Shown piece by piece: positions 24,291 to 35,570 of a stretch of DNA of 60,890 nt (position 1 is the stretch's first letter; each line of letters opens with the position of its first letter). A program made the translations under genes and the position numbers. Source of the DNA: Phoronis australis (Eukaryota > Animalia > Phoronida); NCBI GenBank assembly GCA_002633005.1, contig NMRA01000728.1:1-60890 (forward strand), read 5' to 3'. The notes below the pieces were generated by a model. That model was not told the origin of the DNA. It saw only the letters and a list, made by a program, of their open reading frames with translations, and ran no database searches.

Positions 24291-25880
24291 TTCTACACCC
24301 CCTTCTGGATTCGCGCTTTATACAATATTTTCATCGGTCAGTTGTTTGCTTCGCTGGGCTTAACTATCGTGTTACGCTTACGGGAAATCCTTTGAGATCA
24401 TCGACCTTTTCGCAAATCAGTTAGGGAGCGTCAGCACATTGTATTGTGTGTGTTTCATAAAGTTGCGATGAGTAGAGACGACTTGTCACCTGCTTGCACG
24501 CTGCTTGTGAACATTGACGATGTGTTTCCCAATTAGCAGAAAACCAAAACAGACGAAAATGGAGAGCTACTAATCCTTTCTTAACTCGAAGGAAAAACCT
24601 CCCGTCAGTCTCTGCTCCGAAGACAAGCTCGCATAATTTTCACCACTTCGTGAAAATGTCAATGGTTGGTCTTGCTTATGACCGTGTCACGTGTTCACAT
24701 CTACCGTTTCTTTCTCTGGTCATGAATAGGAGTGGTTACCATTTTAAGTTATAGTTATTGTGAGTTGTTGAACTTACTTCTTCTGTGCTCCTCGAGAAAT
24801 CTTAAGAAATTATTACCAGACCGCGCAAAATGAAAGACACGTTAACCTTTTAGCAATTTCTTTGTATCAAGACTTCGTTTCTATATATTTTTACGTGTAA
24901 ATTAAAAGCAGAATTAATATCCTGTCTATAAGATTGTGGCTATTGAATTTCATGCTGTTCATCGCGGTCTAAAATACAGGCCGTATAGCTTTCGTGTGGA
25001 TCCCAGTGTGGTCACCATTTTTGAAACGCTGTTCCTTGTGTCTTAAAACTTTTATTTGGCCAACGACAGTGCCAACCTTCTTTGACTCGCGTATACGAAC
25101 CGGTCTGTTTTCAGGGATGAGAATACGACTGTTGACTATTAGGTTAGTGGCGAACGCGGTCATAACTAGTGTTCGTGCTTTAAAACATGAAAATGCATGG
25201 TTATGCCCTTTGGTCTCAGTTTTCACGTGATTGGTCGTAAATCCCCCACCCCTGTCCTTACATTTTCAGTGTAGTGTTTGTGTCTTCACTGTTGAAAGAC
25301 ACGTGTCTTGAATTGAAGTCAGTGTGTCTGCATGCAACACCGACAGCTGTTTAGCAAGCTTTTAAAGAGATTGGTTCACTGCCATTTAGTTGTAGTTAAT
25401 ATGTATACTTATGTGTTGACTGTTAATAAAGTTTGTCTATGAACCACATTTCTTTTTATTTCATACCCCAAATTCTTCTATTATTCGTTTAAAATACGCA
25501 CCCACTTCCCCACAAAATTTTGAGAACAGAAAATTCTGAACTTCGGCTATCTTCGATCGGAAAAACGTCACGTCACGAACACATCAAATTCCTGACCGGA
25601 TCACTTGGCTGGGACTATCAGGCACAAATGGAATCTTTGTGTTTGTTAGAATCGGTTTATTATGCAACTTTTGCCCATAAATTCTCTAAAATGTGACATA
25701 TATGCACATGGTCTTGTGTGTTGCCATAAACATTTTACAGTAGATAGTAAGGACGTGACCTGATCATTGCAGAGTCAGCCTGACTGAGTCCACAATGTCC
25801 ATGGCTGTGTGCCAAGAGGAGTACTTTTTCAAATGTAGACGGATTTTTAGATTTAAACTGGAGTAGACATTTGAAGAAGT

Positions 25881-26060
25881 ATACCTGACCGTTGTGTAGT
25901 TGGAGGCTGTAGCAATACGCCAAGGGATGGGGTATTTTTGCACCAGTTTCCCACTCGTCCAAGACTGCGTCGCAAGTGAGAATACTTTGCGAAGTCCACG
26001 AGTGGAGCGTCGCCGTATTCGGTAGTATGTAGCGAACATATTTCTATGGACTGTTTCTAG
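25881..26060 (+). pseudogene. THAP domain remnant
   Basis: ATA in place of the start, then PDRCVVGGCSNTPRDGVFLHQFPTRPRLRRK*EYF...VVCSEHISMDCF*; the conserved Trp has become TGA. Confidence 0.8.
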
Positions 26061-26263
26061 AACGACAGCCTGTGATCCAAGTATGGTTGTAAACCAGGAT
26101 GAGTGAACTTTTAGAGAGTTTTCTAAACGCTTTCCAGAACCTAATGGGCCTTGGGCTAGTATTGACAACCTAACATTGAAAACGACGGATAGCATCGACG
26201 GACACTGTCGGACAGGATTAGTGCTAGAAGTAACCAGTAGATTGCTTTTCTTTTGAATTACAG

Positions 26264-26279
26264 TTTTTGCAACATACCG
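26264..26279 (+). CDS. Gene 1 candidate 16-nt microexon
   Basis: ttgcttttcttttgaattacAG|TTTTTGCAACATACCG|GTAAGT. Read phase 1 to phase 2 it gives xFATYR, like L1 FGEYR, and joins the terminal exon in frame. Confidence 0.6.
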
Positions 26280-27600
26280 GTAAGTGTTTAAGTAGGTGTA
26301 TGTGCTGAATAGCTTGATGCTCGTTACCTGTCGTTGCAGTCCATTGAATTTTAGCCTAGTCGATTGCTAGCTGGATTAAAGGAACGGTAAGAGTAGGGCT
26401 GTCCAACCGACTTTATTTTCGATTTGCAAAAATACTTCAATATAATGCATCCCGCCCAATAAAAAATGAAAATTTATCAAAATCGTGTTAAGCAGTGCAC
26501 ATTTATTGTAATTTTGGTGGCGAAATTTGTGTCATTTGTTTGGATCTGGTTGGCCATCTTGGACAACAGCGGCATAAGTTACGAGTTTAAAACCGTGAAT
26601 AAATTATTTTCACCAATAACTTACGATGAAATCGAGTGAGAAAGATCTATACCTACAGTTCTGAGCGATTCAATAGTTTTCATTGGATTTCAGCCAAGCA
26701 GATGTTACTTATTGAGTGATAAAAATGCTCACAATTCCGGTTGGCGGCACCGACAACATGGCGACTTCTGCTGAACTGAAGGGCATGTTCAATCGGCTAT
26801 TTTGTACTTGGTGAAGTTTTAACTTTGATACATTTTGATGAAAGCTGCTACAAAAAAGCAACTTTGCACAACGTTTATATTTTTGTGCAAAAATATAGGG
26901 AATATTCAAATTATTGCAGTGTGAATATCTCATTCAGTTTACCATACACTCATCTTAAAAATAGTTGAAAAAGTTTTGAAGTCGTTTTTTTCTTTGAAAG
27001 TCAATTGCGCTTCAAGGTTTGAATTTGAGTCACAACATAATTCATATTTTTCTAAATTTTACGTATGAATCGTTCTTTCAATACATGCGTTTTACTTTTT
27101 GCTTTCCTAATTCAAGTTGTCGAGGCCCAAAATGTAAAGGCTCTTACTTAGAGTAATAGGCCATGTTGGATTGTGAAGCTTCCATCCTCCAATCGTTTTT
27201 CCATGCAACTTTTTATTTTTTCAAATCATGCTTGTCGAATTCTAATGTAAGGAAATACCTGGTAGCCATGGTAATAGTTAGGCATATCCACTTTCACATC
27301 ATGTAAATTTGTGTTGTTGTTGTTGTTGTTGTTGGATAAAGATTGTAATGCATAAATGTTCTAAAGTACTGTGCATTCTAAGTTGCTTATTTTGGTAAAA
27401 GATTAGATCATTTTGACTCACATATAAACTTTACTGTAGTGAGATTATTTCAGTAGTGACTTATGTACAGTAGCGGTACCTTGAAAGTCTGTCACTGTAG
27501 AAACCAAATATACAGTATGGATCCGACTGAAAGCCCTTTATATTAATTTGAACTGTGGATTAAATCATAATCGTCCTCTGATTTGTTCTTTGATTTCCAG

Positions 27601-27677
27601 GACTCAGTGACCAAAGCATGATAGAATTAACTTGCCGTAATGAACGGCTGAAATAATATGTTCAATGACATCTTCAG
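27601..27677 (+). other. Candidate stop-containing alternative exon of gene 1
   Basis: Good acceptor (ttgttctttgatttccAG) and donor (CAG|GTAATA); stops in all three frames (DSVTKA*, GLSDQSMIELTCRNERLK*, xTQ*). Confidence 0.3.
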
Positions 27678-28100
27678 GTAATATTTCTTGATGCCTTTGG
27701 TTTATTATTATTTCAATAGATTAACACATGAATTTAAAAAACCAAGTTCAGACGACTTCCATTTCAAGTGTTCTTGTAATTCTGTCGCTGAGATTACCAC
27801 TTCCACTCAAATTTCAATTATATATGTGGTTAAATTAAAAGGTGACATTCTTTTTACTCACTGCTGAAAATGAAAAAAAAATGAAAACTGCGATATTAGG
27901 CTTGATTATCTGTGATTCACTGGTCTTTACATCTCCTTGGCGAAAAACAATTTAATTATGCCAGCAAATGGAGTTGAAAGGAATCATCAAATGAAGCAAG
28001 CAAAATATTGGAAGGTTGACTGCTTGTAGCCATTGCAATACATGTACACAGCTGTCTTCCTGGTCTGACATCACAGACGGTTATGTAACCACATGTGCGT

Positions 28101-28248
28101 AGCGTGCGTTCAGTAGACGCTAGGACCTACGCTAGGACCTTGCTAAAACCTAGTCAAAGTCACGTGCTCTCATTTAAAATGCACGGCTCACGTAATCTCG
28201 CGAAATCTTACTTTTTAGCGAGGTCCTAGTGTCACTGAACGGGAGGCT
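28101..28248. mobile_element. About 150-bp MITE (second copy, inverted, at 43847-44000)
   Basis: TIR CGTTCAGTAGACGCTAGGAC / GTCCTAGTGTCACTGAACG; the whole body matches the reverse complement of 43847-44000. Confidence 0.8.
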
Positions 28249-29531
28249 TTTCTCAGAATCAGTGACTCCGTTGAAGTCGAATAAGGTCATTACTGCTGGG
28301 CTTTTCTCATTAAAGAAGCTGTGCGGACAAGAACTGCCCTGTGCAACAGATTCAAACAGTGCTATTATTTGTTTTGAAAAGCTATTGTTTTGGTGTGAAA
28401 CTATGTCCTTAACAGTGTATTGCATTAGTCCCTACACTTAATCACACCGTCAATGTCTGCACCTCTTAACAACATACGGAGGTGATATCCACTGCTGCCA
28501 TACTTGGTACTACGAAAGAGGCTCAACGAAGCCAAAATGGATTGGAGAAAAGCAGTGCTTGCTTCATGCCTGAATTCACACATTCGAATAGTGCGCACAC
28601 TTTGTTAGTGTCGCCAAAGTCTACGATGCCGAAAGAAGTAGCAGATGCAGTCAAATTACATCTTATCTTGTGTTGTCATCTCTTTCTCGTCCGCAGTCTA
28701 GTGATCCCGTGCATGGGTCAATGTTAAGGGCTGTAGCTGGTTTAACAAAGTATCCGTCGTAGCAGTCTGCTCCTGTATGCCACTCCCAGTCTTATTTAAC
28801 AGAAGCAGACGTGGTGTTCCTGCTCTGAGTAACTCGCTTTATTCGTAATATCGCTCTCTGAGCTGAGACGAAAGCTGAGACTTCAGGCCATCGCATGTAA
28901 TGACCTAACTCGTAGTTAGTCCACTAAACTATCCGTTTCTGCCAACGTCTTGTCCCAAATCACGGCGTGTGTTTTCAGTCGAAATTTTTGTAATATTGAT
29001 AGAATTACGGTATCCATTTTGCCACAATCCTACGTCTTCGCAGACTGAGCTGTATTAAATTGATGACGTCTTGACCTAGTTACGATGTCAATGACGCTCA
29101 TTGTGTACTTTAGTCTTGAAATAAGTTGCTTTGCCGTTACAATATATTAGTATATCTCCCTTTTAGTAACCAGTACAGGCCTATTGAGCATTCTTGTCAC
29201 TCTTAGCAAGCTGCCGCTGAAGATGAAACCTTATTACGTGATGTTTACGTTCAACTTTTTCGTTATGATATTTTTCTTGGTAGAGTAGTTCACATTTTTT
29301 TTAAATTTGCCATACCTTTACGCATTCGATGTCGAAAACCTTCAAACCAGTCAAAAATGCGACATGGCAGACCAGTTTTTGTCATCATTTGGACTACTTT
29401 CTTATCTTTCACTCTTTTCATGTGATACTGATTACACTTTCGAAACTTTCCGCACTTGCTGTTGATCTAATCTTAGTTGAACATTCAGTGTGTACACCTT
29501 GCATTATACTCTGTCATTTGTTGACTGACAG

Positions 29532-29715
29532 GAGCGAGGAACCCGTGAAGGCGAGTCAAGGTTCATTGATTGATCCGGTAGTTGGGCAGGAGAGTGACGA
29601 AGACAGCCTACACGAATACGGCGACATTGACACGGGCAAGTTCAACGAAGACGGCTCTTTAATTGGACAGTATGGCGGATCGAAGAAGCAGCGGCCGACG
29701 GACTCGGTCGTTTAG
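29532..29715 (+). CDS. Gene 1 terminal exon: L1-family (Bravo/FIGQY-type) cytoplasmic domain
   Basis: tttgttgactgacAG acceptor, phase 2. RSEEPVKASQGSLIDPVVGQESDEDSLHEYGDIDTGKFNEDGSLIGQYGGSKKQRPTDSVV*; DSL.EYG...G.FNEDGS.IGQY is the diagnostic L1/neuroglian tail. Confidence 0.93.
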
Positions 29716-30683
29716 TCATTGATTGGGTTATATTCCAAGGAATTGGATGAGTTAATTGTGGTGCTATTAATGTGTAGAGTCTACTTCTTTTCCGGTGTGT
29801 TCTGCTTTTACTCAGCTCGCCGGCGATGGAAAAGAGGCCGACTTTTTCTTCTCTTCTTGCTTTATTTTAATTTGTATTTTAGTATTACGAAAAATTATGT
29901 GGCAATGCAGACTGGGTGATTTTTGATTGGTAAAGCCTGCGGTTGCGTTTAGACTCTAAGACTTGAATGGATTGTGTTGTAAGTAAACAGTGGTTATATG
30001 CCTATGCTTAAGGTTTTGTGCATTCAAATGTATTGGAAGTGTTGTAATTTCGGACTTCATAAGAGATAGATGGTGATTTTGTCCTGCATTTTACATAAGT
30101 CTGTTCTGTTGTGCGTAAAAACGTGTACTTTTCTGTGAGATGTGGTTATTGTATCGATCAAGTGGTGATTTCAACGCGCGTGTTGCGTTATTCTCTATAG
30201 GATGGCATGATGGTGTAATTTTGTATTCTTACAATAGGGAGCAACGCAATGTTGTACGACCTTCTCATTGGTGCTACGAAAATGAGCCGATAGGTGTTGC
30301 GAATTCTAAGTGATATCACTCGTTTTGTTACTGTAATTTTTTATTACATTTGTATAATGCACAGTCCGCAAAGTCTCAAGCCTGTAGACGTTTATTTTAT
30401 GACATCGACTTCTACTAGAATTGGTGTTAATGCTCATGGTTAGGGATATCAAATCTATTGGACTGTTTAAGTTCGAAAAGATTTGTAGTTTGACATTTTA
30501 ATTAGATGATTTTCACGTAAAGTTTAATATTTTGGGGTTTCTAGTATTCCAACCTTGTTTGTTTATTTTGCATAATTCTAAATTAAACTTGTCTGTACAT
30601 GTATACGTTGATCTTATGCTGTAGCTCGCATCCTTTAACAAAAGTGTTCGCTTTGCAAGCCGTTGTTCTTAAGAGATTTTAGC

Positions 30684-30689
30684 AATAAA
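30684..30689 (+). terminator. Candidate poly(A) signal of gene 1
   Basis: AATAAA at the end of a roughly 1-kb T/GT-rich 3' UTR-like stretch, just before the N at 30698. Confidence 0.4.
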
Positions 30690-33476
30690 ATTGCATANTT
30701 ATTATAAAGTCAATTTCAGGAAAGGTGCGTTATGGCTGCTACAGAGTGTCAAATGTGGCCGAAAATGGCTTCAGTGAAAACCTGAAAAATAACCGTTTTT
30801 GCCTCACAAATTCAAAACGTATAAATTTAAAAATGGATTTTGAAAGTTATGCCATTACATTATTCAGCCATTGCCCTTTCAATTCGTATTATTCATTTGT
30901 TTTGACCGTATCATACATGCTAGTAAAATGCATTCAAACATGCCTACTTCGACGCCCAATTTTGTTGCAAAATGGAGGTACAGGTCATAAAAAGAAAAAT
31001 AATGAATGAAAATTCTTAAAAAGTGAGGTTTTTCTACTTCTCAACAAATCAAACTTATGTGCTAAGTTTCAAAAAAATCGGTGATTTTGGGTATAGACTC
31101 TACCTGTTGGTTTTTATATGGAGTCACTCTTAATTATTTTTAGTCTGGTTTTTGTCTTCTGCTTCTTTATCTGCCAAACCACACAGAGGATCGTTATGAA
31201 GATAGTTGTTCCTACAGACAAGTTCATGACTGACGTGGATTTTCAAATTAGTCCAACTACTGTGATACCCCTTAATGATATTTTTTCGCATCAAAGTCTG
31301 TATCTCCTAAACCCGTTGCAAGATCATGTGTTTTTGAAATTTTGCATTACGTGTTCCATTTAACTTTACAGCAGATGGATGAATTCGACTACTGCTGTGG
31401 TTTTACGTTTGTCTTTGTACCTTTGGAGTTCTTTGACGGATTTTCATAACATGTGGCGAATAATTTTGAGAGACGACGAGAACTTCCCATTTTTGGATGG
31501 ATTCAATGTATTCTGAGCCATCTAATTGCCATTTTATGATAAATATAAGCACCCCTAGAAGCACACCGAAACATCGTCGAGTGACTGGAAGCTCTAAAGA
31601 TTACGTGCCACATATGTAGGAGTTTATTATCTCTGCTGTGAAGCACTTGACCATTTACTTCGCATTACATGGAAATGAATGCAGGGGTTTGTTGATTGTT
31701 TCGAAGAAGTCCGTGTATGGACTTTCTACAGTTCTATGAACTTTTTAAGCTCACGCCAAATAGACCAATTGTAAGATTCTGTCTTAAATTTCTTGCACCA
31801 CCATATTCTTCACCATTCCTATTGGGGGTATAAATATAAATATGTTCTATTACTGGTTAAAACAAACTGAGTTATTTCTTCATTTCAGTTCACTATTTAG
31901 AAAATTAAATTGCACACAATTTCCTCACCCAAAAGAGTTGACAACGATACTAACATGCATGACTTAATTCATTGTCATGGCAACTATGTAAATTTCAACA
32001 AAACATTGTTGGATTCTCCACTATTGGATGGGTCATTTGTTAGTATGGTGAACGTACTTGATCACGTCTCTTAACCTGAATATTTCCTTTTGTACATCTG
32101 CATTGGTACATTTTTCCAGTTACAAATTATATTTCGTCGCTAGCACCGAAATACTTTTTAAAGTACAATTGAATTACTAATCAGAAAATTGCATTTTAAG
32201 TGAAAGCTGCTAAAAGAAAAATGACGAACTCGTCAAAATTGCTTCACAGCTTTGCCCAACTATGGTGAAAACGGACAAGAAAGCTTGGGTTGACCAGGCT
32301 AACCTGTGCTGCAGATCTACTTGGGTTTCAACAGGAGCAATAAAATGACACACTGCATCCTCACAGTCCACCCAAATTTAAACATTGCAGCCTTTGGATA
32401 TGAATCGGAAAGCTCGCTAATTTTTATCGTTGAAAATGTCAAATTTAATGAAGCATTCTTGGCGGTCACAAATACAGTAAACACTTGATTAAGCAACATT
32501 ACAATTAGAATTACAGGCATTCACTTGAATTTGAAAAAAGTTAGTGGCGATTTTTAGTGGTAAAGAAAAAAGACGCTTACTATAACCAAAACGTGTCGAC
32601 CGAAATTTAATGAAGCTCTGATGGCGAAGCGTCAGTGGGTAAAAGGGAAAGTGCAGGTACAAAATGTCATGACGGGTAAGTAATGTTGAAGCCCTTTGAC
32701 AATTTTAGTGAATCTGCCATGAGATGTCAAAATCGAAAGTGCCGCTAAAATGGAAAAAAGCAGCAAGACAGTTGCGTTCCGTACCCCAATTTTTGTGACG
32801 AAAGTGATATCAAAACACTCTTCACGAGTTATAGTCATGAATTAAAACCGTATCACGCGATCATACTAGCCTATCCTACAGGGAACGCTTAACTTCAATC
32901 TTGAATAAAAGGTAACAGCGCGAGTTAACTCCGCAGTCAACGAGGTGGGTTAAACAGCGAAGCGTCGACGCTTCTCTGCAATGGGAACACTGTATGAAAC
33001 TTCGTTGCCATAGGAATCATAGGCAGAGATCACTGAAACTGTCATACTGAGGTGTGACGGAGCGCAGCCCAGATGACGCTCGAATCATACCGCGCTATGC
33101 TGAGCCTACATACGTCAAGGTTTCCGTTGCACGTTTGACAATTGAAGTCCAGTAAAGTTTTCTTGCACATCCTTGCCGCCACGACGGAGAGGGGCGCTTG
33201 CCTTAGATATAAACTCAAAACAGTAGCATATTTGCGAACCTGAGGAAAAAGACTCACTTTTCACCGAAGCTGTCGATATTCAGAGGTAACACATGTTCGT
33301 TCCATTTACGACGTCCTTCGTCCAGATCATGATTCTGTTGACTTTTTCATCGGGAACGACATTGCATGTACAGTAGGGGACATTGTATCAGATCGGATCT
33401 TTTTCAGATTGTCCTTATTTGCGTTGAATAATTTGGTTCAATTAGATCGGAATTATGCAAGTTTCATTGTGCGTAA

Positions 33477-33732
33477 CATGCGCGCACCCAGGGGGGCTCG
33501 GGGGGCTCGAACGACCCCCCCCCCCATTTGGCGAAGTGGGCAAAACGTTCCGCCTCCGAGAAACAGACAGTCCGAGGAAATCAGACAAAAGTCCACTAAA
33601 CAAGGACAAACGTGCAATTCACAGTGGTGCTTCCGTTTTTTTAGACAGCGCGCTTTTTTGTTACCTAAAGGTTCACAACATCAAAACATCAGCAATTCGA
33701 GTCCCCCATATTGAAGGCTGGGTGCGCGCATG
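33477..33732. mobile_element. MITE, CATGCGCGCACCCAG family
   Basis: Perfect 15-bp TIR and 5-bp direct repeat CGTAA; another decayed copy follows at about 33930-34172. Confidence 0.85.
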
Positions 33733-35144
33733 CGTAACAATAGTTAACATGTTGACTGGTGAGAGTTCACTTGGGTACATTGTGACTTATTCCGGGAGGT
33801 ATTCCCAATTAGGGTACTAGTAGCGGGATCGGGATGTCCTGATCCTCCCGACAAACCGGAGCAACCAGTTAAACTAGGCAATACAATAGTTACGTGTACA
33901 TTGTTGATTCCTAATTTTGAGAACCAAGCACATGCTCGATTCAGCCCTCCCCCCACTTGCCGAAGTGGGCAAAAAGGTCAGCCTCATGCAGAGAAAAAAA
34001 GTCTGAGAAAACGAGACAAAAGTCCACTAAGAAGCTGCAATTCGGGAATGCACAATGCACAATGCACAATGCACAGCTCTGACCGTACCCCGTTTTTAGT
34101 AAAAGGTCCACATGTCAGAAAATCGAAAAATTGAGCCCTTCTCCCCCCATATTTTAGGCAGGGGGCGGGGATGAGGAAACTGAAACTTGCAGTTTATTGA
34201 CCGGTAATGATATGAGATTACAAAATCAGGGGCTACCAAGATTTACTACACCTGTACGAACAGACATAAGCACACACAACCAATACCAATATACCCAACT
34301 TGCGAAATGATTGCACTTTGCCTTGGTAGTCCCCCCCCCCCTTGCATTGATGGTCATTGACACAACCTCAGAAGATAGAAATATAACAGAGTACTAGCCT
34401 TATGTGAACGTTATGGCTTCCTCATGGATCTCCAGCAGTATATTACGCGTTAGAATAATAAGAATAAATAATCCAGACACAGATTACAGACACACTCCAT
34501 GTCAACGGTATGCTACAGCCTGAGTGGCTGCCAATAACAGCTGAACTTGACACTTTCGTTAGATATCAATCACAGCACCAATCGATTTTAGAACGCTCCC
34601 TGGCACTAATCCAAAACTTCTGAAATGTATCCTTGTAGGCTCTGCAAGTTGTTATATAAAAACTTAATTGTCGCGGGGTAGCCGACCTGAAACCTCCTTT
34701 TCTGGCTGTCGGTTATACAATTCAAACAGATGACTTCCGGTGGAAACTGCCTTACGAATACAACTCAACACAAAGGAATTTTTCACGATAACTACGTTTT
34801 GTTAAGAATTGCGTAACTGGTATTGATTACATTGCACTAATCACGTAAGTTTCACACGGGGTTGGACATTGCGGTGCATTTATACTGCTATTAGTAACCG
34901 GATGTTCGTCTACATTTTATTTAAATTCAAAAAGACCTGTGAATGATTAACTGCAGTTAATTCTGTGACCTGCATGGTTAAATATTCGTTGTTTTATGGT
35001 TTTTATCTATATAAATGTTAAGGAAACATTCCGATAACATGAGCAAACATGAATTTCTTGTTGAACAATAATGGGAAAACTTCGAACAAAAAATCAAACA
35101 TCTCACAATATTCAAATTTTAAACACTTGAAAACGAATCACATA

Positions 35145-35570
35145 GAAACCTAAAAGTTTTTAGAAGACTTAAGCTTTCCACACATGAAAAACTCCAGTTT
35201 TCTGAAGAACTTATGAAGTCAGGAAAACTTAAGTTTCTATAAGTGGAAAAACTTAAGTTTTTCGAAAAACTTAAGAAGTCATGAAAAGTTTTTAAAATTC
35301 GAAAAACTTAAGTTTGTGATTAACTTAAGTTATCAGAAAAACTTAAGTTTTGATAGTACGAATAACTTAACTTTTCATAAAAACTTAAGTTATTACAGTA
35401 CTTGAAACTTAAGTTTTCTGAAAAACTTAAGCTTTTGACGAAAAACATAAGTTTTAAAAACTTAAGTTTCTTTTAAAAACTTACGTTTCTTTTAAAAACT
35501 TAAGGTTTTCGCAAGAATTTAGGTTTTTCCTCTAAGACTTAAGTAAGTTTCCAAAAACTTAAGTTTTTTC
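35145..35570. repeat. Irregular minisatellite of the palindrome AAAACTTAAGTTTT
   Basis: Roughly 20 exact or degenerate copies at about 17-25 bp spacing. Confidence 0.9.

Noticed and set aside
24935-25448. Possible solo LTR (TGTGG...AATAAA...CCACA)
   Set aside because: No target-site duplication and a weak terminal match.
35145-35570. CRISPR-like repeat-spacer pattern
   Set aside because: Eukaryotic context; repeats are 14 bp or less and degenerate, spacers only a few bases, and there are no cas genes.
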